A stretch of 62,028 nucleotides of DNA, filler included, from Choristocarpus tenellus KU-1152 (taxonomy: Eukaryota > Protista > Phaeophyceae): the NCBI GenBank assembly GCA_964200185.2. It is 11 parts of 11 records of this genome, joined end to end, with 100 filler letters (N's around TTAATTAATTAA, not from the genome) between each part and the next. Parts side by side here need not be neighbours in the genome. Positions count along the whole stretch, not along the records: positions 35,681 to 49,994 come from CAXNAD020001228.1; positions 50,095 to 53,115 come from CAXNAD020022880.1; 9 more parts are not named here. One strand, 5' to 3'. Positions 36,470 through 50,200 of this stretch are shown piece by piece (position 1 is the stretch's first letter; every line of letters starts with the position of its first letter). The notes under the pieces were generated by a model. That model made no database searches. It worked only from the letters and a program-made list of their open reading frames with translations, and was not told the origin of the DNA. Both the position numbers and the translations under genes were made by a program.

Positions 36470-39400
36470 CTGCCTTATCCCTGTCCTCGTGCAGGGCCAC
36501 GACATCCGGTGCAACCATAACAAGTTTATTGGAGTACTTGTCCCAACTGATGTTGCCACTGAATATCACAGGCTGAGACTTGCCAAAGCTTTTCAGCTCT
36601 CTCCATCCCCTGTAGGATCATGGAATACAGTGCCAAACACAAGATCCACCGGTATGGACGGCAACACAGCGTATATCATTTGATCCATTTACAGCAGAGG
36701 GAGCATGGGGGTCAGAGGATCATAGCCTCTCTCAAAACCCCAATACACTTCTTTTTTTTTGTCTAGCTAACAAATCCACTATCTAGAACCCACACTCCAA
36801 AAAAATAAATAGAATATGTAGAAATACAGATAAGCATGTAGTTTTGGAAGTTGTTCTCGAACTGCATAAAAAAACGCCTTTGTACAAGTAAGATGTTGTA
36901 GGGTTCATTTTCTGACTACTTGGTTCACCACCTTCACAGTTCCCCCTCCCCCCACAGCACAAAAAAAAACACCGTAAGAGCCCTAGTTGTGTCCATGTCC
37001 AGTGTCTTCATGAAATCCATCACAGTGTTCGACCTTTGGAAATATCAACTCAACAATCCAAAACAAGAGGCAAAACAGCCACAGAGCTACAAGAAGCCGG
37101 TTCAATTTTAGTACTGAAAAAGAAATCTAAGATTCATTCAAGAGAAGTTCTCTTGCCTAGTTTTGTGTTCTTAATGAATTTGGATGTTCTTTTTATAATA
37201 CATATCCATGACTGTTCAACCAGGTGGAAAAGTGGAACATCAATACTACACAGAGTCAGAGATTATGGGACAAAACACATAGCTGAGTCATTTTCCTGAA
37301 TCTGTAGCGGGAATATGATAAGGTGAGAGCAGGGGTCCAGGTAACAGGGTGAAGGGGAATGTGTTGATTGAGGTGAATGCTCAGGTAGAGCACCTGACTA
37401 GTGGGGTGATGACCCACAGATCACACCGGGTAGCACGGTGAACTGTGATAGTGACAGATGTTGAAATACAATTGTTCTGTTGGTGCGAACAGCTATGTTA
37501 AAAATAAAAACGAAAATCCGTATCCATTTCTTAAAGTGCCAGTGTGAAGGCACTCCGAATTATGTTCTTAATTATGTTCTTCAGATAAAAAAAAAAGTAG
37601 TGGTCAAACAAACAACAAACATGAAAAAAAGAGAACAAAAAAAAGAAAAAGAGAGAGAACAAGGTACCCCTCAATAGGTGACCATCAATCACACCAGCAA
37701 TTTCCTACCAACACTCATTTCAAGCCGCACTATGCCAGAGCATGATGTAGCAAACTAGCAATGGCCCATACACTTTGCAAACTTGAGCCAGCTGGTCAGT
37801 AAATCAAAAGCTTTTCGTTCCATCCAAGTAGACCGCATGCTAAATTCAAGGTATTGGGTCGATATATTCACTGCAAAGGGCTCAACCACAGAGGACACAT
37901 AAGAAACTTTCAGTACATCATCGTTGAAGCTCTCTTACAACGACCAGGGAGTAAGCAAGCGGGTGAGATCACGACAGAATCCCTTTGCCCTGCCTAGATA
38001 CTGACAAACGAGCAAGCACACCAACCAAGAAACAAAGACAAAGCTCGTCAAACAGAACAATATGCAAAGGCTTGTTTCATGCAAAGATCGGGTTAGAAAA
38101 GAGGCCATTCTTCTTAAGAATACAGATGAAAGAGTCTATCTTCATCACTTTGATCAATCACAACCAAGAATGACAACTGAAAACCCCACAAATATTCTTC
38201 GATGTGTGGGTTGGAGTTTGAAACAAGGACTATCAGCAAGAATCGATACTTGAGGAAGGACTAACCCTAACCCTAACCCTAACCCTAACCCTAACCCTAA
38301 GGAAGAACTAATTGCTTACCCCATCAAGCTAAAGAAGATCACATCAAGTGAGTCCCCCAACCGGTCCTTGCACAGCACTCGCTTTGGTCCAGTGCTACGA
38401 TAGTTACCTCTCCCTATATCCAACACCTGAGGAAAACCATAAAGGTTCACAGAAGGCATTGGCATTACAGGAGAGAGCGACTTGGCACAGAAGCTGCCTT
38501 CTTACTCCTTACGAATGAAATACCCTCGATTCATGCATCTGGAGAAACAACTTTGCCGAATGCTGAGCAAGGTAAGGACATCTCTCTCAACAGTAAAAAG
38601 ACTCTCTTCCAACTTGCATCACCATTGCATGACACACTCATTGTACACATCTATATAAACGCAACTATCTTACGTGTGAAATGTCAGTACGCGTGTGGGC
38701 AGTAATATAGGGGGTCACACCAAAAAAAAAAATCCTTGCAGCATCCACGAACAGAAACACGGGTCTCCTGGCAAGGAAGGCAAGCTGTCGAGCTTTGCAG
38801 GCACTTTCAAAGCCAAGAGTTTCAAAGGAATTCACACATCTCCTGGTGGGCAACCTGATGACAAACTCTACACCTACCTGATGACAAACTCTGCACCTAC
38901 CACACGATACAGGAAAAAATGAACCAGACAAACCTACCATATACTACATCGCACAACTACAACCAGCACATGATACCACTGACCAATAATAGAAACCTAA
39001 CTCGTTATACCACCAATGGTTACCATTTTTCCGTCATACCATCTCACTGTTCACCATTCTCAAAGCAGCACCAACATCATACCGTCTCTGTTTCCAGTGG
39101 AGACAAAAAACGAAATACGTTTTCACTGGTACTGAAAAACATACAAGAATCTCCTGCCACACCCTTCCCCCCTCCCCCCACCCCCAGGAATATCTGCCTG
39201 TGCAATCTGTTGAGTACACTCAAATCAATTCTGCACGTAAGAGTGTCTGCCATTGACCACAACACATCTGTTACAGAAACGCATCAACAATAAACAATAA
39301 AAAAACCGGTTAAGGGGTGAAAAATATAAGTAAAAAGTAGTGTCCCTCAGAGCCTGCTCTCCTTTGTGGTTGCAGCTCCTTTCACTACATAAATTCAAAA

Positions 39401-42031
39401 GATGCCTTGAATTTGTATTTCTTCCACCCTGCTTCTGCTGACCAAAAATCTCAAAAATAAAACACGGTCATTATTCACACCCTTACCTCAAAGTTCAAAA
39501 TTCAATCTCGAAAAGTACTGCACCAAGCTTTGAACCTTCACAAAGAAAAAAACTAGGGGGTTACCATCTCTTGAAAAATGTCAACCATCTCATCTGCTGC
39601 TCACGAAAAATCCATCGCAACTTCTGACTTAGCCAACAGCAGCCTGTAAGCCTGTACAAGCTTTGAAGAGATGCCAAGTCTGAAGGGAACTAAAAAAAAA
39701 TTCTACTGAAACGCTGCACGTCCGCAGACGTAATTAATCTTTGAATTAGGGTTAGGGTCAGTACAAAAACAAAAGCTCTACTCCAAAGAATGCTCTGTAG
39801 CACACTGAGTTCTGCTGTAGCAGAAAAAACGCCTCTATGTCAAGCAAACAAAATAAGCAGCATAGAAAATACAATCAGCACAACAATGCATACACCCTGC
39901 CCACTGCACCTCTTCTCCTGCCTCACCTGCAGCAGCACAGTTGCTGTTTGCCCCTCCTTCAAGTCCTTCACAGGACACAGCTGCCGGCGGTCCACCAGGC
40001 CTGTGGGCAAGTGCCACATGAGCTCCGCAATTGTGTTGATGCCTTCAATATCACACATACGGTGGGCAGGGGGGAGTTGATAGACTAAAAATCCCACATA
40101 CTAAAAAGGGGTCCAAAATATCGAGCAAGGTTGTAACAAAAGCAACTAACATCTTTGTCTGCTTGCTCCTGTCCATTACTTCGGCATGCACTGACATAGG
40201 CTCTTACGACAATTTCTAGAAAACCTAATGCACCACGCCAAGAGAACCAGTCCAAATGAGCTTTTGCTGCAAGGCAAAAGTCCCAAGCTAAACTTGAGGA
40301 TAATCGTTGCTGCTCTAAACACCTTGATAACAACACATCAACCTCTCCTACACCCACAGCTCCTCATTTTGTGCTTACTACTCCAAGCCAGAGCTATAGC
40401 ACACTATCATCTACAAACTCTCACATCACCAGCACCTCCAGTCACGGATATGACCAACCATACCTCTTTTTGGTCTCCTGCACTCTTCCTAACCAAGCTG
40501 TCCTCAGAGGCTTCCCTACTACACACACACACATAACTTGCACCTAACATTAAAATACTTTCAACTACCATACACACTGTTAGGATGCCTCCCACACACA
40601 GACCCAGACATGCATGCACACACGATATGAGTGAGATAACTTAGGACTTCCAGAAACAACCAAGTCCACATACCAAGCTTTGCAAGTTGTTGCCCTGTCT
40701 TCGGGCCTACACCATAGAGCTGCTTCTCTGGTGTGGCATGCAGGACAGCCAAGGTGTCGGCATATGATACTATCCCTTCACCTTCCCCACACCTCTCAGC
40801 TCCATTTCTCCCTGTTGTTTGGCCAGCAGTTGCACCAGTAGCTTTGTTTAATCTTGGAGGTGGGGTACTTGACTCTCCCGCACCTGCACAAATACATAGT
40901 AAAGGAAACAGAGTATGCATATGCATGAAGCCACAGGAGGTACCAGGTAGGTGCAGTGTATGTATACACATACATGCACGCATGTATTTTTGCATGCAAG
41001 TAGGTACAAGTCAGATGCTGTAACTCAGTGTCTGAGTGATACGGGGGGAGGCACTTGGGTAAAAATGGGTATAGATGTAAGCAGTGGTGATATTTGGCAG
41101 TCATGTAACATACAATCACCAACAATGGGAGCATGTATAAAGGTAGGCCAGTGCAAGGGCAACAAAGCAAGAAGACACTCTAAGGAGTCACAAAGGGCTT
41201 GATCCCCTCCAACCGCACCAAATATCGGCGGGTAGAGCATTGCTACAGCAACAAAATGGAAGGGGTACAGCAAGGATTACCTGTTCTCCATCCACCACTT
41301 GAGATGTATGCAACTCAAGGAAAGGATAATGTAAGCATGCCCAAATCCAATCGGAAGATGCAGGGTAACACTATACTCGCTCGAAAACCATCCAAATTCG
41401 TTCCCGACATGTAAGACTTTAACGAGGGCGTAGACTCTTGTTGTCGAGACCCGGTACGTTGTGAAGTCCTCTCTTACATGGTGCACCTCATACCTCCTAT
41501 CTCGAATAAAAAACAAGAAACATACACACCTCACATGTAACGAGCCCAACCAATGTAATCATGGCACCTACTCTTCCTCTACATGTACAGATAGATACGC
41601 CTATATTCGGTGCAAGGTGCAAATTCCTCATGCCTTCGTCTTCCATGTATCTGAACGACCTTGCGCGCAAAGCGTTGTCTATAACTTGATTGGATTCCAG
41701 GTCAGCTGATTGAGCAGCTATGCGACTGCCTAATCAGTATGATCTCACCATTACCATGCTGTCTCCTGATGCAAGGAGTCCGGCACCAAAATACCCTGGA
41801 GGTATGTGCCAGACAACACCGAAAGTTAAGACTTCTCCTCTCACCTTTGACAGATTTGGATGACACTGCGAAAGCTCTAGTGTGTACCCTAGAACTTCTT
41901 CCCCGTTGTGCTACCCGGAGAAGGAGCGCGTGGTGCATGCCTGGGGGGCCGAGGGAGGATCGAAAAGCCTCGACAAGCTGGAGGTGCATGGAACGGGACC
42001 AAAGACACAATGAGAACGTCATGTAGAACAT
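36470..42031 (-). CDS. recG: Organellar ATP-dependent DNA helicase RecG, 5' part; exons 42031-41845, 40883-40674, 40042-39927, 38426-38362, 36609-36470 (a small extra exon between the last two is possible)
   Basis: Phase-consistent splicing gives LYGVGPKTGQQLAKLG/INTIAELMWHLPTGLVDRRQLCPVKDLKEGQTATVLLQ/V...QPVIFSGNISWDKYSNKLVMVAPD, the RecG N-terminal and wedge (OB) signature; helicase core lies beyond the contig edge. Confidence 0.85.
38261..38300 (-). repeat. Perfect interstitial telomeric repeat (TTAGGG), about 6.7 copies, in a recG intron
   Basis: (CTAACC)6CTAA. Confidence 0.95.
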
Positions 42032-42769
42032 CTTTGAATCCAACGGTATGCCTACTGCACATATTTCTTCTACCCAAGGAAGAACTCAGGGGGATTGTGG
42101 GTCACGTATCTCTGCACTGCGACATTTCTCTCCTCCCATTTACCTTAGAGCAGTTGACAATGCAGATCCCAGCGTCTAAGTTTTCCTACTTTCTCCACCC
42201 TAAAACCCTTATTCCGTAAGAAACTCGTCGGTCACAATACTTCCCTAATATAAATAACACGACCACGTCTGTCGTGTTTTCACATAACCTCGCGAGCTAG
42301 GCATGGGTGCGTCGAGAAGTATACTCAAAAGGAGATAGTAAAGAGGTCTGAATTTAGCACCTGAATTCCCGACAATAAGAAGAAAACTCCGGCAAATTGG
42401 AGTGTTGCTAATACGTGTCTAGTGAGATAGTCTAGTCTACACAATCTGCACCGCCTCCAACTTTCACGTCCCTCCATTGACGCAGCAAAGCAGAACCTTG
42501 TATAGAGATTTTTGTTTGGATGAGATAGAGGTTCACGACCGTGGCAGGCATTGTCATATGTAGAAGGATCGTAGTTGAACTCTATTAGTTATCGCGATGC
42601 ATCCAGTTGTCGGCGTTGCCAGTTTTACTTCGTCGACTGCCACTAATGTCTACTCAACCTTGACTAACATGTGATCTCCAACCCATCAGTCTATGGTCAG
42701 AGTTACAGGTGTCGGATCTGAATATAGGTTTCAAGCTGAGAACCCAGTAGAAGGAGAAAATTGGTGAGA

Positions 42770-43990
42770 ACGACATGAATTGGGATGGAATAGTAGGTAG
42801 AGCTTTGGACAAGGTTGAGGAAACCGAGGAGAATGGCATGATATTTCGTCGATCTAAGGAAGATCGAGATAGCTTCCATATAAAACTCTTGGTAAAGCTC
42901 CCTTTCGGTGGCATCTTATCGCAACCTTTCCCGGTGACAGTGATTGGTGTTGTGGACACTTCTCTCTTGTTTGAAGAACAGTTCCAGGATGTAATGTTGG
43001 ACGGTCAGGTGGGAGCCGTGGACGAAGGACCTTGGTCTTAGCAGATCTGTGAAAGATCCGAGAACAAGCCCCACGCTGACTATGTCGACCTTCAGAGAGG
43101 CAATTGTGAGTTGTTTCATTTCTAACAAGTGCTGCGTTCCATCAGTGGGTAATTTGATTAGTTTGGGAAATGTCAGATGGAGTAGAAACGGAACGTGCAT
43201 TTCTGTATTACTGGGAAGCTGTAAAGGTTTACCACACAACCCACGAGAGATGGGCACCAACGTTCTAGCCCACTAAAGCTATTACATGCTGTCAAAAAAT
43301 TACATACACTCTGGAAGGTTTCCCGCTGGCGCATGCAGACAGTGCCTGACATGTGCATACTGGCAGCATACTTTCTGGGTGGGAATAAGGTCATCGGGAA
43401 GAGGAGTCGTACCTCCTAGGCTTAGTAAGAAAGTTGATAAAGAATGGGGATTGGACCAGGACGTGGCATTTTTTGAAAACAATTACTCACTCCAGCTCCG
43501 GTTCTTGTTTCCCTGACTTTACCAAAGAATTTGTCGTTCATGTTGATGCCAGTGAGAGCGGTGCTGGAGGTTTTTTAGCACAACCCCGATCCAATAATCC
43601 TAAGGACCTAGGCATCATTGCTTTCTTCAGGAAGAAATTTAATGAAGCCCAACGTCACTATTCAGCTACATTAAGATAGTGTTATACAGTCGTTACAGCT
43701 ATCACTCATTAGTGACCGTATCTTTGGGGTAGACACTTTAGCATCACGGATCATGCTGCATTGTGCTACTTGTATAGAATGCAGGATACAAGTAACATGC
43801 TTAGTTGTTGGGCTATTGCTCTTCAAGCTTATGATTTCACTGTCAAACACAAGCCTGGTAAGCTCAATGTTATACCTTATACTCTATCTCGTATTTTCAA
43901 GTTTGAGGAACAGGAGAAATCTGTTGCTCCAATGTTGGCACCAATCTGTCTCAATGTGCCTGAAGGTAGTCGTGCTTTTACCACAGGTGT
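42770..43990 (+). mobile_element. Ty3/Gypsy LTR-retrotransposon pol remnant (RT connection and RNase H)
   Basis: FPDFTKEFVVHVDASESGAGGFLAQ..IAFFRKKFNEAQRHYSAT..PYLWGRHF..TDHAAL.YL..WAIALQAYDFTVKHKPGKLNVIP..LSR; multiple stops. Confidence 0.92.
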
Positions 43991-44199
43991 TCAAAAGGAA
44001 TAGGAGTTATCTGCTTTTAAGTTAGGTATTAAGAAAGTGCGTGTATTGTGGTGCAGCAGCATGAACAAATCGCGAAGTGGATCACGGGGTCACGATGCTG
44101 ACGCTGATAGAAGATGCATTGAAAGCATTACCATACAAATGTGGTTGGATCTTCAACCACGTCAGAGTACTGTTCTGCAGTCTTTGCCACCTCGGGAAA

Positions 44200-44642
44200 G
44201 CAGGAGGAGAGTGGGAAGTCCATCACTAGGTGGTACAGTGATGAAGTCTGTGGGGAAGCCTGGTCACGGCAGGCAAAGGGAGAACCGGGGTGGCCGTCTG
44301 AAGGGAAGATTGAGGAAGAGAGCAGTGCAACTGCGTGCCATTGCACTCAGGAAACGCCTAAGCGAAAATCCGAGTGTAAAATATCTTATTAGTCGACAGT
44401 TGCAGCAGGCCCTGACTGTTTGGAAGCTGTGCGAGTCAGAGTGGCTTAAGGAAACGAGAAAGGTGTTAGGGTTGGACTACAAGGGATCTGAAGCCCAAAA
44501 GGTCGTAAGGGCTTGCAAGGCGGAGGAGAAAGCAATTGTAGCAAAGGCAGCTGTGGAGACTTTTCGACACCACCAAATCCTTTACTTAGAAGAGGTCACG
44601 AAGAAGGTGGAGGTAGCGATCAACAAAGGACGCCAGGGATGA
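44200..44642 (+). mobile_element. Probable non-LTR (LINE) ORF2 linker fragment
   Basis: Basic helical segment KVVRACKAEEKAIVAKAAV..YLEEVTKKVEVAINKG resembles the region preceding LINE RT; RT motifs absent. Confidence 0.35.
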
Positions 44643-45672
44643 AGAGGGGGTGAGATTGAGACTATTGGCACACCAGTGTTTTGGTGTCTCCAACTGCTTG
44701 CAAGATGCTGTGCAAGATGCTGTACATTCACCTTGTTCCTGGACTTGGGGTTGGACGTATAAAGTTGATTAAGGCTTTCTCCCAGTCTGCATTCATTCAA
44801 TAAATCAACACAATTTTCGATCAACTCAAGCCTGTCTTCCCTCGCCCTTGCACCTTGATAAAATATCACCTGTCCAGGAAACACGGACATCGCCCATTTC
44901 TGGCGTTCAACAAGGAAATGTGATAGGTAAGGCTCTAACACTGCGAATCCTGTATGTGTATGAACGACGGGAAAGACCATCAAATGGTGCTCGAGATGTC
45001 AGCAGGATATGCAATGGTCGACCCGGAATTTGTGAGTAAATAGGATAGATACTTCCTAAGAGCCACATCAAGGTGTCGGAGCAAGGGCACTATGAGAGCA
45101 TTTTGTCCTGGGCCTCGACGAGGACATCCTTGCCAAGGTCAAAGAGTGGGTGCGCGAACACACAGGAAGAAAGGGCGGGGAGAGACTTTCCCCCGTCTAA
45201 ACCCTATACTTCAATCAAGTAATAGTGCATCTGTTGCCACTCTGGGTGACATACAATCCATGGTTCGAACCCCAATATGAGCGGTCTTTCTTCAAAAATT
45301 GAAAAAAAATGGCGAGAAGAAATAAACGAAGTCCATACTCTGGACGGCATTGTGTCGGGCATCACGAATATGCTTTTATTTTTTAAATCCGATATCTACA
45401 TCAAGAGTTATGACGGGACAACCCTAGAGGGCGAAGCTACTGGTACGAGTATAGTAGGTGGAATCATCGCAAAACTCCTTAGCACAATAGTAGTGAACAA
45501 AGATATGAAAGGACAACATTATTTTTGTTTTGGGATATCTTCACTTAAAAACAAAATGAAATCGTGTATCATATCATAGTTTCATATTCCTGTATGTTTT
45601 CCATTTATTTGAGTTCAAACCCCAATACCAAAAAAACATCACCTCCACCCTTAACATCAACGACTCGAAGAG

Positions 45673-47286
45673 ATGAGTCCCGTCAACAACCTAGAGCAGC
45701 ATGAATGCCGCAGCAGAGCATCTAAGGCCAAAAAAATTGGTTCCACCCCCCACCCTGGATTAAGCACTGTCAGCCCGCAAGAGAAGGGGACCGGCACCCC
45801 TCTCAATCCTAGGGCAATCGAGTTCGTACCCACATGTCCATATCTGAAAGAAGTTGAGGAAAAAGTAAGAATCGAGAGCGGAGGTTCCTGCGGAGAACTT
45901 CCAAGTGGGGGTCAGGTTCGGGGAAATAATCCTGGGCAGCGCAAGAGCCGAGGTCAAAGTCATCGGCGGAAAGTAGTGGAGTGGTTGACCCATGATCGAT
46001 GTAGGCGTCGTGGCAAATGTGATACTGCCTGGAGAGGGCCTCATTGTTCGACGTCAGAAATGGGGCGCAAGATTGACCAACAGTATCCCCTGGGGGTTCA
46101 ATCAGCAAATAGCAGGAGAAAGGGCAAGTCCAAGATAGAGAGGTCTGCGGCGCACAGGAAGGCTTCTACAATTGACGCTGCAATGAGCCCTGTCAGTGTA
46201 TCCCGTCCTCCATGTGGCGAACGTGACGAATGTGATAAACTTGAAAAGTTGCCTGGTTCCACAGATGGCCATATTTCTTCTGGAAAGATGACCTGTCCTT
46301 TGATGAACCTGGGAGAGCAAGCTCTGAGCACCGACACCCAAGGCATTGACCCCTTCCCTCCTCTTTCTGCTCCCTCCGAAGAGGAGTCAATAGGTTTCCT
46401 GAATGCATTGAACCACATGAGCAGTACGCGCCAGTTAGCCGAGCAGGGTGTGCAAAGCTCCTTAGTTGATTATTCTATGCTCTCAGGTCGTTTAAGACAG
46501 AAGGCGTCTCACGAGAAGGCAGATTCTGGGAATTTTCAAGAGAAGGGTGTGGATGGAGGTGGGTTGCAGCTGTTGGTGCTCCGTGGCAGCAACAGCATGG
46601 GGGAGATGGAGTGGGGAGAAGGTGGAAAGAGTTGCAGCATTGGAGGAGGTCGAGGCAGTGAGAGGGGAGTGATGCACTCTGACTACAGTGGCCCTACTGG
46701 TGAAAAGGAAGATGACTGTGAGTGCCAAATTAGTGGACATGCCAAGGAAGAACATGGTGGAGATAGCAGGGGCAGAAGTGGCACTAGATATGGAGATGAT
46801 CAGATAACTGGAGTTATCACAGGAACGACAGTACTTCTGGGAGATAGGGGTGGCGTGGAGCAGAAGGGCTCCAATACTTCAGGAGTGGTCTTGGACAGGA
46901 AAGGAGAGACAGAAAATTCTTTCACGCGTAATAGTGGGGTAACAACTGTCTCAGTGTCAGTTCGTGCCCGCCTGCGGGAGCGTTGGTTCCGCCTGGATGC
47001 CAGCAGGAAGGCAGAACAGCAGCGGGAAAGGACGGAAAATCGACTCATGGGGATTGAGGATCACCTACAACGTGGGGGGCTCAACCATTCCTCGGTTGTT
47101 GAAAGTCTGGTGGGGAGCTTGCAGCAAATGGGAGACAATGTGGGGATGATCAGGTACATTTGGGACGTAGTGTCTCTCCATCCATCCATTTTTATGCCGC
47201 AAAATTCCACAGCTTTTGGTAGTAGTACCTTTGTGGTAGCTTGGTATTGGGGGAGTTGGTATACCACAGCTCAGCTTGCATTTTAA
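45673..47286 (+). other. Intronless 537-aa low-complexity ORF with a PAM2 motif; broken continuation to about 48284
   Basis: ATG start; LNPRAIEFVP at aa 44-53; coiled segment RLDASRKAEQQRERTENRL; probably TE-encoded. Confidence 0.5.
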
Positions 47287-50200
47287 CGCACGGAGCAGGA
47301 GTAGTGAAAATGCATTCAAGTCCTATTGTCATGTTGCCATACCCTATATGCAAGCATCTTACCCTCCATATTGGTGAACTTGATACCTTTGCTGCCTAAC
47401 TGATACACACATTTATGTCCTTTGCCTAGCAGGAACAGTGAAGGCAACCACTTGCATTTATTTTCTGAATTATCCTTGAATGAGCAGGACCTCACTAGGG
47501 TCAATTCACTAGAAGCTGCCGCAGTTGAGGAAGGTGGAGGGTTAGCAGTGACAGGAGTGGAGATGGCAGGAGCTACAGCAGTAAAAACAGCAGGAGGTGA
47601 TACTGTGAATACTTGTCAAGAGTCAGGATCATCTCTCCCTTCGTTAGTCTGCTCTCCTGACTCAACTCTCTTATCTACAGTTCCCACAGCTGTGGACGAG
47701 GTGAGCCTGTTGGGTCAATGTTGGGGTCTGAGTACAACTTCAGATGTTGATTGTTATGCTGGGGTTACAGTGCCAAAAGCAGAAGGGAGTGCATGCCTCA
47801 CTGTTCCAAATATTTACCATGAGAGTGTGGTAGGGGACTGTATTGATTTGAAAGTGGGAACAGTTATTGAAAACGAGAAACCTCGTTCTCCTTACCTCTG
47901 CGTGGTGGGGGAAACTATGGCATACCGGACCAGGAGAACAACCTAGCTGCTGGGGTACAGGGCACAATTGTACAAAGTGGAAGTATTGGGTGCAAACGGG
48001 AGGACAGGGTAGTCGCTGGGGCCATTACTGAGGATGGCAACAGGAGTGGGAAGATTGGTGGGGACAGGGCAGCGAGTGTTCACGATACCCATAAAATGCT
48101 GGATGTTCACCTTGATTCTATGGAGCAGGGTGATGGGAATGCAGCAGGAAAAAAAGATAAGGTTTGTTATGTACATTTGTGTCCTAGTGTGTGTTTTGGA
48201 TACATGGTGAGGGTTAATGCTCTTGTTGAATGCAATGGCTCTTTGCATTGGTGCGGCAAGGTGATCTCATTTGGTCTTGCCTGATGCCTTCACCCGGAGG
48301 GAGGAGGTGCAAAGCAGAATAAGGGATGTTTACTATTGGCTTGGGCAAGACCTTGTTCTGAATAAGCTTTTGTTTAAATTTTTCTTATGTTTGTTGCATT
48401 GAAGTAAGATACCATGGTATGTTATGTGCCTGTAAACATTTTATGCTGGATGCAGGTGAACACTTATTTTGGAGAGGATTGCTTTTGTGATGGGCATTAT
48501 GCCTTCCAAGTATGATGATACTGCAAGCTAAACTCTGAGGGCCAGTTCTTAGTGTTTCCCTTGTCTAAATCGTGTTTGCCAGTGTTTCCTCGGCCTACTA
48601 TCCTCCTCCCATAATGCACCCGTCAAGTCTCCCTCCATATGCAATGGCTCTGACGCTGTTGAGCCTTTCCCAACTTTCTTTTTCTTCTCACTCTGTAACC
48701 CTCCGGTGGGTGGGACGCTTGCATGCATGCACTGCGGGGGACGGAGCAGCTGCGACGGACTCCACTCCACCTGGCTGCAGAAGAGGGGGACAGTGGATGT
48801 GTTGATCTTCTTCTCAAGCAGGGGACCCGAGTAAGTGCTGTGAGGTTGCTGGCTCCTCATTTTGGACCTCTTCACTGAAACTCAGGAGTTGGATTAGTTC
48901 GTATACACGAGTTGACTCCGGTGGGAACATGTAGATAGGACCCTAAGTATGCATGTGGTTGTGTTTGTGAAATTATCTCTAGTGGATAGAAGGCAGTCTG
49001 AGTGCGCTTGTTAAAGTTTCATTCTCGGAATTGCTGCTCCATGCCCAGACTTCGCAGCTGTGTTTTGACTCTTTTCCATTGAGTGTGTACGAATACGGAT
49101 TTGTGTATATACCTGTCAGATACTTGCCAAATGATTCCCCCTCCTCCTGCCATCCCGTCCCAGGGATTAGATTAGATGCCTTACTGCTTGCTTGAGCTTG
49201 CTGTTGGTGATTCATTATCCATGTGATGCTTCTCAAGTCTCTCATCTCTTGGTGTATTTGTTTCAGTTTTATACCACCTTTCAGCTGGAGTGCAGTTTTT
49301 GGAAGTGTGTAGCAACCTGTGCAGAGGATTTGGTAGCGAACAAGTCCACGTCTTTCCACCAAAGTTTAATAACTTTGCAGTCCTTTAGCACAGTCTTTTC
49401 AACCTTCCACTTATAGTATCGTATCCTTCCTGGCCGGAAATCTCTACATTTTTGTGAAGCTGGACCAAAGAGACCGATGGAGGGAGACCCCCCTCCATAA
49501 GGCAGCCAGAGCAGGCCACAGTGGCATTGTGAGGGCTCTCTGTTCTGCGAAAATGAAGGTCAGTTGGGATTGATTCTTGTAGATGTAGGTCAAAATTGCA
49601 ATCGCTTACAGTGGAAATTTCTTGCGTGAACTGGGGATGGAGCATGGGATTGGAGTGGAACGTTCACACAGTACTATTTAAAGGTGACGGTTGAATATGA
49701 ATCATTTAAACTTTTCTGTATCGAGGTGCAGGAAGATGAAGTATTGAAGTAATTATCATTAATCTCAATTTGGGCTAAAGTTCGGCCTTGCCATGGGTTA
49801 AAAACTAACCGATGGCTCAAGTTGTGACCAAGCCTTGAATGTTGAGGGGAAGTACTCCATGATCACAAATATATATATATATATATATATTAAATAAATG
49901 ATGTGGGGGGGTGGGGGGGGGGGGGGGGGGAATGGGGGGGCCCCATCGGGTTGAGGTGTGGGGAAGGTGAAGGGGGTGCTCTCAGGGGGGGGGCNNNNNN
50001 NNNNNNNNNNNNNNNNNNNNNNNNNNNNNNNNNNNNNNTTAATTAATTAANNNNNNNNNNNNNNNNNNNNNNNNNNNNNNNNNNNNNNNNNNNNGGCACA
50101 AGCACCTCGTATTTGATATCTCGTATGATGAGTGGGTGGTGTAAGGGTTTCCTTGGAGGTTGTGTGTGGGGCGTGCGGGGGGTGGGAAGGATTTTTTTTT

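Noticed and set aside
36972-37033. Possible extra recG exon (SNTVMDFMKTL..)
   Set aside because: The acceptor phase fits, but the apparent donor is out of phase with the next exon; left unresolved
45262-45272. GGTTCGAACCC, resembling a tRNA T-loop / B-box
   Set aside because: No cloverleaf or properly spaced A-box; a similar word recurs at about 45612, more consistent with a TE subterminal repeat
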